Below are positions 54,272 to 64,000 of a stretch of 64,000 nt of DNA, piece after piece. Position 1 is the stretch's first letter. Each line of letters begins with the position of its first letter. A program made the translations under genes and the position numbers. The stretch lies in IMG/VR virus record IMGVR_UViG_3300024054_000269, positions 1 through 64,000 of that record. One strand, written 5' to 3'. The stretch is from a virus. The notes beneath the pieces are model-generated. The model searched no databases. It was not told where the DNA came from and saw only the letters and a list, made by a program, of their open reading frames with translations.

Positions 54272-57200
54272 ATGCCTATCAGAGACGAAAAGACGAACGT
54301 CACATTAGGTGTTAAACCAACAATTGTTGGTGAAAAAGAATTCGTCAAAGATGTAAAAGATTTACTTAAAAAAACTGGTAAGCTTCAAATTTCGATGAAG
54401 CAAATCGCCGGTCGATCCCAGGCGGCGTTTAAAGAAATATCACATTTAAGTGATGTAGCAGATGAATTCGGGAGAAATTTATCAAGGGCTGCCAAAGATA
54501 GCGTTGAAGAATTTAAAGATTTAGGAAAACAATTACAAGAAGCAGCCGAAGCAGCAGAGGAAGCAATAGAGATTGCCAAGTCGGCGGGCGATGTTGAGTC
54601 TGCAAAAGCCGCAGCTGAGTCAGTTTCAAAACTAAATGAATTAACAAAACAATATGATCTACAGAAAAAAGCTTCCCAATCACAATTAAGAGAAGTTCAA
54701 AAAGTAGTTAAATCATATAAAGAATTTTCAAACCAACTTGAAGGTTTTGCAAAATTTAAAGGAACCGACATGGTTAAAGGCTTAGGCGAAGGTCTAAGCG
54801 TAGCCATGAAAAGCCCGATGCAGGGCATTACTAAGATGCTTTCTGCAGCCGGTAAAGGTGCAACCGGTGTTGCTGCTCGTGGTGCGCTTTCCGGTATGGA
54901 AGGCGGCATTTCCCAAATGGGAATGATGGCGAAAATGTCTGGCCAGCTTGCAACAGCGGCTGGCGCTGTTGCAGGTGCAGCCGCTGGTATTGGGGTTCTT
55001 TGGAAAGTTTTAGAGGCTGTTAGTGACAACATATCAAAAATGAATAAAGCGTTAACTGAAGGAATTGCATTAGCTGGTGATTGGGGAGGAACAATTGCCA
55101 CAGCTGAGCGTTATTCAGAAGCATTGCAGAGTATGAGAAATGTTGCTTATGAAAATGAAATGGAATTTAGAAAGTTAGGATCAAGCGGTGAAGGTGCGTT
55201 AAAGGCTATTAGTGTTTTTGCTAAAGAATCAACTGGATCATTAATACAAACACATGATGCTTTATTGCAAATGGGCAAAGGTGAAGCTGGAATCAAAAAA
55301 TTTGCGACAAGCGCAATGTTGTATGGGAAGGCTCTTGGAATTACTACCGAAGAAGTTGCTCAAACGATGGGTACTTGGGTTAGTGAATTTGGTGTTGGTT
55401 CAAATCGTGTTCTTGAAATTATGGGCTCGGTTGCCGGTGCAGCCCGCGATTCTAGTATGCCTGTCCATAAATTTATGGATATATTCAGACAAGTGACGCC
55501 TCATTTAGATTTGTTCTCAAATCGAATTGAACAATTAACTGGAACAATCAAATTACTTAGTAAAAATATGAGTCCTGGTCAAGTCAGGCAATTTATGGAC
55601 GCCTTCGCAAAAGGTTTTAAAGGCGTTGATTTTAGACAGAGACTAAAAACCGCATTCATGGCCGGACCGGGCTTTGTCAGCTCTCAATTAGCAAAAGATT
55701 TTAGTGGTGCTGCCAAAGACATGGGCAAATCATTTGAAAAATACGGTTTAAAGCCCGGTGAATTTGAAGAAGCATTTAAGTCTGGTGGTGAAAAATTTTC
55801 AAAAACAATAGCAAAGTTGAAAGCTGGTGGTGCTGAAGGAGCCGAGATAGGAAGAGCGCTTGAAACTAGGAAATATGAACAAATAAGGAGAAAAGGTGAT
55901 GTTCTTAGCATAACAACGGCTATGAAAAAAGCCGGCATGGTGTCAACATTTATGATTTTGAAAAAACAAGCAGCTTTTACTGGGACCGGGTTATCTGGTC
56001 TTGGTGAACACGTTATGGATCAAATGGGAATATCAAAAGAACAACAAGAATCAATGTTACAAATGGAAGCTTCTCTTGATCAAATGAGAAGCGAAATAAG
56101 AGACACTGGGTTAACAACAAATAAATCAGTGAATGATCAATTAATATTGGCAGCTGCACAAAAAACAGGTATAAAAGGCATTGAAAAAATGTCGGCTGAA
56201 GACATAAGAAAGAATCCTCAGCTTTTCGCAAAAGTTGAACAAGCAATTAAAACATTGACAGACGAAGAAATTTTACGTGCATCTGATCTAGTAAAAGAAA
56301 CTGAGGAATCTAAAACAACTTTGGAAGATGTTGCACTTAAACAATATAATGAAACCAGAACATTATCAGAAAAAGTTGATGATGTTATATCAGCTTTAAT
56401 GTCAAAAATTTATCCGCATTTAGAATTTATTGTTAAGGGTGTTGAAGATATTCTTAATTGGCTTATGACTGGAGTATTTGGAGCAGATACTAGAAAGAAA
56501 CAAAAAGAAGTGCAAGAAATGAATGCAAGATTCCAAAAAGATTTTTCTGATTTTACAACTGCAACTGGTGATGTTGTGTCGAGAGCCGGTCAAAGAGAAC
56601 AATTCGATGTTGTATCAAGAGCAATTGTTAAAGGCATGGCGGCCGGTAAAACTGGATCAGAGTTAGGAAAACATTTAGAACAGTCTGGTGTATTTGATCA
56701 AGTTGATTTTAGTAAAGAAGGCAAAGAAACAATTCGAAAAGAAATGGCTTCTCTTGCTAAAGAGAAGGGCATAAAAGATGCTGATTGGGAGAAAGGGATG
56801 GGGGAAGCAATCAAGGAGGGTGACATAGGAAAGTTGTTAGAAATATTAGGTAAAACATTTGGACCAGATGCTGGTGAAGCCTTCATGAGGTTAGCAAAAG
56901 TTGGTGGCATTAGCACAGAAGCAAAAAAGAAAATCGAAGCCAGAACAGTTGAAAAAAGAGAAGTTAAAGGCCCCGGGACTATGGCCGCTGAAGCAAGATT
57001 AAAGAAACTAGACACAGAGTTGGCTGGCGTGAAAGATATAGACCCAGAATGGATTAAAAGAGCTGGCGGTGATAGAGCGCTTGCAGCTAAACAAAGAAAA
57101 GTTGCACTATTAGCGGAAAAACAGGCGTTAGAATCTGGAAAATCCGTTAAAGAAGCTGAAAAAATGGGTGCAGAAGCAGCTGAAGGCGTTACAACTGCTA

Positions 57201-57838
57201 GTCAAGCAGATGCACAAATTGCTAATTTAGAAGAACAAAATAAAAAAGCAGAAGAAGAAGGAAAGAAATCAGCTAAGAATCTTGAACTTACAAAGAAGGA
57301 AGAAAAAGCCGTAACGCACATGGATACTTTGATGACATCTAAAGGAATCAAACTTGAGCCTGCTGATACTGGAAAAATTTTTGAAAATGCAATGTATAAA
57401 GCCATAAGCCGCGGCCTTATGGAGTTTACGGTCATTCTGGCTTCAATGTGGGACGATAAAGCCGTTAGAGAAAAATTGGCTAGTGACAAAGCATTTCACG
57501 CCACTAGAGAAGGAGCTTCACTAGGAGATTTAATTAAATCAGCATCTGGTGCTACAGACATTGCATCTTGGGACGATACTAGATGGGATAAATTTATAAA
57601 AGAAGTTGGTGCTGCTGGCAAACAGCTTGGTACACCAGGCCCGATCGAAACTAAAACCGGACTTGCCTTGTTGCATCGTGGTGAAAAGGTTCTTACGGCT
57701 GCTGAGGCTGCTGGATACAATGCTGGTGGAGGAAGCCCAACAATAATAAACAATACAATTATAGTAAAAGGAACGAGCCCGATGGCAATAGCTTCAGAAG
57801 TCAAAAGACAGATGTCAGAATCAGCTAGGAGACATTAA
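54272..57838 (+). CDS. Tape measure protein
   Basis: 1188 aa, Ala/Gly/Lys-rich helical; C-terminal LLHRGEKVL motif. Confidence 0.8.
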   Translation: MPIRDEKTNVTLGVKPTIVGEKEFVKDVKDLLKKTGKLQISMKQIAGRSQAAFKEISHLSDVADEFGRNLSRAAKDSVEEFKDLGKQLQEAAEAAEEAIEIAKSAGDVESAKAAAESVSKLNELTKQYDLQKKASQSQLREVQKVVKSYKEFSNQLEGFAKFKGTDMVKGLGEGLSVAMKSPMQGITKMLSAAGKGATGVAARGALSGMEGGISQMGMMAKMSGQLATAAGAVAGAAAGIGVLWKVLEAVSDNISKMNKALTEGIALAGDWGGTIATAERYSEALQSMRNVAYENEMEFRKLGSSGEGALKAISVFAKESTGSLIQTHDALLQMGKGEAGIKKFATSAMLYGKALGITTEEVAQTMGTWVSEFGVGSNRVLEIMGSVAGAARDSSMPVHKFMDIFRQVTPHLDLFSNRIEQLTGTIKLLSKNMSPGQVRQFMDAFAKGFKGVDFRQRLKTAFMAGPGFVSSQLAKDFSGAAKDMGKSFEKYGLKPGEFEEAFKSGGEKFSKTIAKLKAGGAEGAEIGRALETRKYEQIRRKGDVLSITTAMKKAGMVSTFMILKKQAAFTGTGLSGLGEHVMDQMGISKEQQESMLQMEASLDQMRSEIRDTGLTTNKSVNDQLILAAAQKTGIKGIEKMSAEDIRKNPQLFAKVEQAIKTLTDEEILRASDLVKETEESKTTLEDVALKQYNETRTLSEKVDDVISALMSKIYPHLEFIVKGVEDILNWLMTGVFGADTRKKQKEVQEMNARFQKDFSDFTTATGDVVSRAGQREQFDVVSRAIVKGMAAGKTGSELGKHLEQSGVFDQVDFSKEGKETIRKEMASLAKEKGIKDADWEKGMGEAIKEGDIGKLLEILGKTFGPDAGEAFMRLAKVGGISTEAKKKIEARTVEKREVKGPGTMAAEARLKKLDTELAGVKDIDPEWIKRAGGDRALAAKQRKVALLAEKQALESGKSVKEAEKMGAEAAEGVTTASQADAQIANLEEQNKKAEEEGKKSAKNLELTKKEEKAVTHMDTLMTSKGIKLEPADTGKIFENAMYKAISRGLMEFTVILASMWDDKAVREKLASDKAFHATREGASLGDLIKSASGATDIASWDDTRWDKFIKEVGAAGKQLGTPGPIETKTGLALLHRGEKVLTAAEAAGYNAGGGSPTIINNTIIVKGTSPMAIASEVKRQMSESARRH

Positions 57839-58566
57839 TGCCGGCCGGTCTTAACCGCGTCCAAATTCCATACAACAAAAATCCGGAAGTTGGTAAATCT
57901 GCATTCTCGGAGAGACGCGGAAGACCGTTTTTATTTTTAATCCGTGATCCAAACGGTCAACCAGCTTTTGATGTTGCTCTAGCATTACATACAAACCCAA
58001 ATACGTTAAGTGAGAAAATGACAAAAGCCAAATCTGTTGTTATGACATATGGTGGGTTTGTTGAATTTCTTTGGCCAGACGAACTTGATGTTATAACAGC
58101 TTCCCACACAACTGGCGCTTTTCTTGGCGCCCATGGTTTAGTTTCTGGATTTGATAGTTTGATTCCGGCTGAAAATGACGCCGATAGAAAAAACACAATT
58201 GCGTGGGAACGACAACAAGATTTGCTTGAAATTTTTAGAAATAACGGTTTAATTTATGATGGGTTCGGAAAGCCAGTTTTACGCGGAACTGTTGAGATGA
58301 TTTATGACCGCGGAATTTTTAGAGGTTATTTCACAACTTTTTCAGTTGGTGAAGAAAGCATGTCTCAATTTTCTTTTAATTTGGATTGGGAGTTTAAAGT
58401 TGAACAAGCTATCTATAAATTCCCACCATTTAGATCAGATGATGCTGAAACGACTTTGACGGTTCCGGCTGGAATTCCAGCAGCCAATGAAATTCCACCG
58501 GCAACTGACGCCGGTGTTGTGTCTGGTGGCAGAATTGTATTTCCACCTGGCGTTGTTGGAGAATAA
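57838..58566 (+). CDS. Tail tube initiator/baseplate tube-like protein
   Basis: LHTNPNTL..GFVEFLWPDELD..FRGYFTTF..FSFNLDWEF; follows tape measure. Confidence 0.55.
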   Translation: MPAGLNRVQIPYNKNPEVGKSAFSERRGRPFLFLIRDPNGQPAFDVALALHTNPNTLSEKMTKAKSVVMTYGGFVEFLWPDELDVITASHTTGAFLGAHGLVSGFDSLIPAENDADRKNTIAWERQQDLLEIFRNNGLIYDGFGKPVLRGTVEMIYDRGIFRGYFTTFSVGEESMSQFSFNLDWEFKVEQAIYKFPPFRSDDAETTLTVPAGIPAANEIPPATDAGVVSGGRIVFPPGVVGE

Positions 58567-58568
58567 CG

Positions 58569-60575
58569 ATGCCAGCTTCTAACATATACGGAAAAATCAA
58601 GGACATGCGATCTATGATCGTTGATGTCCTTAGCACTGTTAATAAACAAGTAAGTTGGTTTGCTGCTAAAGATGGTGAAAATGTTCATTTTACAATGACT
58701 GGCGCACGAATTAGTACAAAACCATTCGTTATTGGATTTATACCACCTGATGACCCAGTTGATTTTATACCGATAGCACAGAAGAAAGCAAGACTTAGAA
58801 AACTTCCGATTGATTTAGTTGCTCAAGATCAATCGGGTAAAAGGGCTGTTAGAGTAAATAGGGTTGACTATGGTAAAAAAGAAGAAGTTGCATACGAAAA
58901 CAAGGGATTTTCACCTTCAGATTTGAGAAAAGCTTATTTTGCAGCTGGTAAAAAAGTTCTTGGCATGGAACCTTCTGAAGAGTTTGTTTGCTTTTTGTTC
59001 GGACAAGCTAGAAATGAAATCGGGTGCACGGCTGATAGACCAGGATGTGGTGCACCCGTATATAATTTAGGTGGTGTTCATGGATCGACTAAACAACTTA
59101 AATTGGCAGACCCGTGTGATAGAAAATCAGAAGTAGTTTCTTCCGATGAAGAAAAAGAAAAAGCACAACCAAAAACTGGAAAGTTTTATTTAAAAACCGA
59201 CACATTTGGTACACCTGGAAATTGTTCAAATGGAAAACGATGTGAAAATTTAATAACGCCAGGCGATAGAAAGCAGGGCTTGAATAGATGCGCGTTCGGT
59301 GTTTATTTTAAAGGATATAAAAACTTAGAAGAAGGGGCCGCAAGCAAAATACAGTTCGTAGCTTCTGGTTATCCAGAAGCTATTTTTGCAAAAACTCCTG
59401 AAGAATACGTCCAAAAAATTTGTCCAAAAGGTGCGACTGGTCAAGGAACTTGTTATTTTGACTGGCGCGCAATGGATGATTACACACAAGGCGTGAAAAA
59501 AGGTTGTGACACATATCAAAAGAAATTTTTAGGTAAAGAGGGAGCAATCCAACCGGATTCTCCTGAAGAGGAGGCAGCAACACCTGAAGAAACTTTAGAT
59601 GTAGTTATGAAAAATTCTGATGCCGCTGAAACTACTATTACTGAGGATGATACGTATTTTAGAACTGGTAGAGACATTGAAGTTGACGAGACAAGATTAT
59701 CATCTGTTTATGAACAAGTGACTGCTTTAAAACAACAAATCGACATCTTCAATAGAACTCCGCCCTTAGTTTTATTGATAAATCCGCAAGAATTCAATAG
59801 AAATTATGAAAGAGCAGTTGACGATGGAAACAAAGGACGTCAAAAAAACATAGTTCATATGTGGCTTGAACGTCCAATGACGTTATCAGCCAGTGGTCAA
59901 ACCGCTGCTCAGTACGTTCTCAATGCTGATAACACTGGCGGACTTACTCATCACAAACGCATTCATAGTTTGAGCTATTTGAATTTGATGTCGTTAGTTC
60001 AAATTTACAAAAATAACGGAGTTATATATACGAATTTACCAGAAAATGAAGGTGTTGCAGTTCTTCCAATGAGCATTTTTATTTATTATGACAATCATTT
60101 ATACATTGGTTCATTCGATGACTTCGAAGTTTCTGACTCAGGTGACAAACCATTCAATTTGAGCTATTCGTTTAAATTTACTGTTCGTTATGACATGGAA
60201 ACAACTCTTAGCGCAGGAAAAGCACCAACTATTCCGGATTCAATAGAGGATAAGATAGGAACTGTTGACGTAGAGGCTGAAATTGCAGCCGAAGAGAAAG
60301 CGGCCAATACTCAATTGTTTAAATTTTATACTGAAGAACTTGGTTTGTCTGAAACTGAGGCTATAGAACAAATACAACAATCACAGACTCAGCCATCTGA
60401 GGAAACGCTAAAACAATTCGAGGAAAATTTGTTGTCTGGGAAATTGAATAGCTTTAATGGTGAGGATGTTGTTTTTCCAAGTGACAATAAAACAACAAAG
60501 ACAAACAAAACATCTGGTTCAGGAAAAGCTAACACGGATTTATTAAACAAATTCAAAAGAGCTTTTGGTGATTAA
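58569..60575 (+). CDS. Baseplate tube-initiator-like protein with inserted GH73/glucosaminidase-like domain
   Basis: LLINPQEF..MWLERP..YIGSFDDF..FSYSFKF paralogous to previous gene; insert GQARNE..YNLGG..YFKGY..EYVQKI..CYF. Confidence 0.5.
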   Translation: MPASNIYGKIKDMRSMIVDVLSTVNKQVSWFAAKDGENVHFTMTGARISTKPFVIGFIPPDDPVDFIPIAQKKARLRKLPIDLVAQDQSGKRAVRVNRVDYGKKEEVAYENKGFSPSDLRKAYFAAGKKVLGMEPSEEFVCFLFGQARNEIGCTADRPGCGAPVYNLGGVHGSTKQLKLADPCDRKSEVVSSDEEKEKAQPKTGKFYLKTDTFGTPGNCSNGKRCENLITPGDRKQGLNRCAFGVYFKGYKNLEEGAASKIQFVASGYPEAIFAKTPEEYVQKICPKGATGQGTCYFDWRAMDDYTQGVKKGCDTYQKKFLGKEGAIQPDSPEEEAATPEETLDVVMKNSDAAETTITEDDTYFRTGRDIEVDETRLSSVYEQVTALKQQIDIFNRTPPLVLLINPQEFNRNYERAVDDGNKGRQKNIVHMWLERPMTLSASGQTAAQYVLNADNTGGLTHHKRIHSLSYLNLMSLVQIYKNNGVIYTNLPENEGVAVLPMSIFIYYDNHLYIGSFDDFEVSDSGDKPFNLSYSFKFTVRYDMETTLSAGKAPTIPDSIEDKIGTVDVEAEIAAEEKAANTQLFKFYTEELGLSETEAIEQIQQSQTQPSEETLKQFEENLLSGKLNSFNGEDVVFPSDNKTTKTNKTSGSGKANTDLLNKFKRAFGD

Positions 60576-63500
60576 ATGACAAGAGTTTCTGCATTCAAAG
60601 GAACCTATATACCTAATAGGAGACCCTATATAACACTTACCCCAGATGTTTATGTTTCGATACAGGGCGAGACCTCGGTCATCGGATGTGGTGAATGTCG
60701 TCGTGAAATATCATTTAATAGATATTTGACTTCAGTTAGTACTGAAGCCAGCGTTGATTCTCCGCCAGGGTCTGCAAATTTTACATTATCAATTCCTGAC
60801 ACTGACGTTAACGATTTTTATGTAAACGGACAATTCTTAATTGTTCCGATGATGGAGATTGAAATTTATGCTAAAGGTTATTTCACGGTTGGTGGTTTTC
60901 CACAATATTATAAAATTTTCTGGGGTTTAGTCTCATCAGTTACTAAAAATTGGTCAAATGGAACAACTACAATTACCGTCAATTGCAGAGATATTTTAAG
61001 GTGGTGGGAACTCACGTATCTAACGATGAACCCAGCTTTTGTTGATCCGATTGGAAGTTCAGCCGGAAATTTCCAATTTTGGGGAAATCAATTTGCTGGA
61101 TCAAATCCTTACGAAGTTATAATATCACTTGCTAAAGAATCTATGGGCGATTTTTCGCATACAACTGGTTCTTTTATACAGTATAGGCCTGATCAAGGGC
61201 CAGAAAGACAAGTTACTGGTGAATATGTAAAAGACATAATGGCTTATTGGCAATTGAAATTTGGTAACATATGGAACAATTTGGTTTTGTATGGATCGTC
61301 AGGAACTGCTTATACACTGAATGCTACCGATAAAAATATAAGGCCACGTCAAATTGCAATGTCAATATTTGAAGAAGAATCAAATATTGTAAGATATAAT
61401 CAACAAACAGCTATTTTTAGAATTCAACCAACTGAAGTCGCGGTTTTTAGAAAACAACTCGCAAAAGCCGCCGAGGTCGATTTCTTTCAGGCTGAACAAC
61501 GTAGCAAATTATCGATAGCAATGGATGCTAGAGACCAAGCTGGCAATTATGAATTCTATTGTGATACCACTGGTGACATAGTGTTCAAGCCACCGTTTTA
61601 TAATTTAAATGTTATGCCGAATAAACCAACTTCTTGGATTCAAGATTTTGAAATAATAGATGACAGCGTTACAGATTCTGAAGCGGAAGTTTTTACCCAC
61701 ATAACATCAAGTGGCAATGCTTTTGGTGGTGTTATGGATTGGGGCTTAAATGACGAAATAACAACACCGAGAACAGCGGTGTACGATTATCATCTTTTGA
61801 GAAGATATGGATGGAGAAGATTAGATTATCAAGTTGAGTGGGCTGGTAACCCAAGAAAATTATTCTTTCATTTGTTTGATGTTTTGGATAGAACAAATGC
61901 GAAACGCCAATATGGGAATATAACAATTCCCATGCGACCTGAGCTTCGCATGGGATTCCCCGTTTGGGTTCCAAAATATGATTCATTTTTTTACGTTTCT
62001 GGAATATCGCACAATTTCTCAGCTGGTGGACAAGCAACTACTGTTCTTACGCTTACTGCTAAACGCAGCAAATTCATAGCACCAAGAAACATAGGACGAG
62101 TTGACAAAACAGGCGCAAGTGATTCGCCCCCAAATAAAAATAAAAGCAAAATAAATAAGAAGCAAAAGAAAAATAGTAGTGTTGTTCTAAAAGAAGTTGA
62201 TGAAATACCAAATTCCGAAATAAATCCACTTTTTAGAATCGAATTCCCATCAGAGACCGGTGAAACGATCGGTTTAAATCAAGCCAATACGACAAGAGAT
62301 TGGGACCAACCAGTTATACTCCGACATCCAGAAACTGGAAGAATGCTCGGATTCCCAAATGCTGTTATGGTATATAGGACAACTTATGATGGTCAAAAAT
62401 TAGCAACTATATTAGCAAAATCCGGTAGCATGGAACATGACAATCCAAAAGACAAAAACCCGAAGTCTGCTGAGGGTACGCCTTTAAATTATAACAAAGT
62501 AATTGCTGAAGTTCGTGAGTTACTGCGCCAGCAAAAGAAATCTGAGTTAATTGGTAGGCTTAGATCACACAGATATGAAGCCGCTGTAACAAGTCTTGGT
62601 GCTTATGACTATGCACATGATACTAGCGGTTATTTTAAAGAAATGGCAATAGTTCCAACAGAAAGCGTTACTTATTCATCTGGAACTACTGATCCGAACG
62701 ATGCTATAAGAATTTCAAAGGCTTCTCCTAATGAAATAAAAAAGCAAAACACAGAGTTCAAAAAAACACGTAATGAACTTGAGAAAAAACTTAGAGACAT
62801 AAAGAAAAAAGAAAAAGACGCTGAAAAGAAATTCAATCAAAAATTGGTGGAGTTAAGAAGGAAATCAGGAAATGACACAACAAAACAAACAAACTCAACA
62901 AAAAAGCAGATATCGGATGTTGAAAAATCAATAAAAGAGTCTAAAACTAAACTTGAGAAGATACTTAAAGAGTTGGCTAAAGAAACTAAAAAACAATCGG
63001 ATTTAAGTATTGAACGTGATAAACTTGAACAGGCTATATTTAGTCTTGGGTACGTTCCGACTGCTAAAGGTTTTGTTTTACCGAAATCTGAATTAGATTC
63101 ACCAAAACAAGCCCTAAACGCAGACGCTAAAACTAAAATAAAAATTAATAAATCATCTCAATCTGGTAAGAATGCAGCCGAAGAGTATAAAAAACTAACA
63201 ACAAATCAAACGACAAACACAAATAACGCCGGAACTGACAGTGCACAATTTATTAAATTAAAGAACGACTATGATAAAGCTGTTTCAAATATTGAAAAAC
63301 AAAACGAAATAATAAACAAAATTCAAACTAGTCAAACTTCTGCGCAGCAAAAATTTAGTGAACTTGAAAATCAGTTGGCAGCTTTAAAAGTTTCACAAGG
63401 TGATTTCAAAACTGGTCAAATATCAAAATTAAAATCTGATATAAAAGAATTGGGAGAAAAAATAGATAAATTGCAAATCCGAATAGAAAAGCTTAAGTCT

Positions 63501-64000
63501 GGTGAAGAAGAAACATTAGATGAAACAGACAGAGCGAAAAAACTTTCTGATTCTAGAAGGGAACTCCAAAAGTTGGTAGTTGATTATGATCAATTACAGA
63601 AAAAATTAAGAGTAGCTGAAGATGAATTTGAGGAGGCCGCAACTGAATCTGACGATTTATTTAATATAAGAGTTCAACGTGCTGAACTTGAAAAACAATT
63701 AGATGACTTAAATAGCAAAATAGCAAAAAATAGAATTTTGCCAAATTTAAACATTATGATAAGGCCAGTTTCTGACGAATTTGGATTTGAAGTTATAGGC
63801 CATTATAGATACGGACGCGGAGCATTCATAGACAGAGGCAAAGTAAAAATCGAAGTTGGTGGTAAAGATCGTCCAATTGTGAATGATTTAGGCATTCAAT
63901 TTGCGGCGACTGGTTCATTAATTGAAAATTTTCCAATGGATGTTAACTTAGCAACCAACGGTCCTGAAACTTTAAACTTTGCTGAAGCATTCGAAGATAT
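60576..64000 (+). CDS. Baseplate hub-like protein with long coiled-coil insertion, 3'-truncated
   Basis: ATG directly after previous stop (MTRVSAFKGTY...); frame open at spot checks to the window end; RPELRMGFPVW typical of hub proteins; K/E-rich stretch ~62720-63730. Confidence 0.65.
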   Translation, partial: MTRVSAFKGTYIPNRRPYITLTPDVYVSIQGETSVIGCGECRREISFNRYLTSVSTEASVDSPPGSANFTLSIPDTDVNDFYVNGQFLIVPMMEIEIYAKGYFTVGGFPQYYKIFWGLVSSVTKNWSNGTTTITVNCRDILRWWELTYLTMNPAFVDPIGSSAGNFQFWGNQFAGSNPYEVIISLAKESMGDFSHTTGSFIQYRPDQGPERQVTGEYVKDIMAYWQLKFGNIWNNLVLYGSSGTAYTLNATDKNIRPRQIAMSIFEEESNIVRYNQQTAIFRIQPTEVAVFRKQLAKAAEVDFFQAEQRSKLSIAMDARDQAGNYEFYCDTTGDIVFKPPFYNLNVMPNKPTSWIQDFEIIDDSVTDSEAEVFTHITSSGNAFGGVMDWGLNDEITTPRTAVYDYHLLRRYGWRRLDYQVEWAGNPRKLFFHLFDVLDRTNAKRQYGNITIPMRPELRMGFPVWVPKYDSFFYVSGISHNFSAGGQATTVLTLTAKRSKFIAPRNIGRVDKTGASDSPPNKNKSKINKKQKKNSSVVLKEVDEIPNSEINPLFRIEFPSETGETIGLNQANTTRDWDQPVILRHPETGRMLGFPNAVMVYRTTYDGQKLATILAKSGSMEHDNPKDKNPKSAEGTPLNYNKVIAEVRELLRQQKKSELIGRLRSHRYEAAVTSLGAYDYAHDTSGYFKEMAIVPTESVTYSSGTTDPNDAIRISKASPNEIKKQNTEFKKTRNELEKKLRDIKKKEKDAEKKFNQKLVELRRKSGNDTTKQTNSTKKQISDVEKSIKESKTKLEKILKELAKETKKQSDLSIERDKLEQAIFSLGYVPTAKGFVLPKSELDSPKQALNADAKTKIKINKSSQSGKNAAEEYKKLTTNQTTNTNNAGTDSAQFIKLKNDYDKAVSNIEKQNEIINKIQTSQTSAQQKFSELENQLAALKVSQGDFKTGQISKLKSDIKELGEKIDKLQIRIEKLKSGEEETLDETDRAKKLSDSRRELQKLVVDYDQLQKKLRVAEDEFEEAATESDDLFNIRVQRAELEKQLDDLNSKIAKNRILPNLNIMIRPVSDEFGFEVIGHYRYGRGAFIDRGKVKIEVGGKDRPIVNDLGIQFAATGSLIENFPMDVNLATNGPETLNFAEAFED

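Noticed and set aside
2329-62037. Many short antisense or nested ORFs in the track (e.g. 3689..3916, 9147..9422, 54697..55101, 61732..62037)
   Set aside because: They overlap longer, motif-bearing genes and show no recognisable protein features
29034-64000. Interpreting the tail module as an eCIS/tailocin or T6SS in a bacterial chromosome
   Set aside because: Neck-like genes, homing-type nucleases, dense small accessory ORFs and absence of housekeeping genes favour a phage, although capsid and terminase genes are outside the window so this is not proven
1-64000. tRNA/rRNA genes or an alternative genetic code
   Set aside because: No cloverleaf or rRNA-like segment noticed by eye; long genes are intact and end in TAA, TAG or TGA under the standard code

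Overview
AT-rich segment of what is most likely a large (jumbo-type) contractile-tailed phage genome. Phage identity is inferred from neck, sheath, tube, tape-measure and baseplate genes interleaved with dense small accessory ORFs; no capsid, portal or terminase gene lies in the window. Layout: (1) end of a Thr-rich collagen-like fibre gene, then a glycosylation cluster (GT2-TPR-GT-B fusion, UDP-glucuronate decarboxylase, two GT-B enzymes, intein-split B12-binding radical SAM); (2) patatin, membrane proteins, a minimal ATP-dependent ligase domain and many small accessory ORFs; (3) a stand-alone Cas12m/V-U1-like effector with an apparently intact RuvC D-E-D triad, a 3-repeat CRISPR array 6 nt after its stop, and ~1.3 kb upstream on the opposite strand a second, separately promoted array of five degenerate copies of the same repeat with compensatory stem changes and only 10-14 nt between repeats; (4) a ~196-nt structured ncRNA with its own promoter; (5) the tail module, with sheath and tube separated by ~10 kb and four nuclease-GNAT fusion genes inserted near structural genes. 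The best candidate for an undescribed system is the one-effector/two-array type V locus (full-length guides plus a mini-guide array). Other strong patterns are a shared C-terminal E-h-h-[DE]-[SGA] motif (h = hydrophobic) on about 11 small accessory proteins and widespread TAnnnT-N5-start leaderless promoters. All assignments come from reading motifs by eye; no searches were run.
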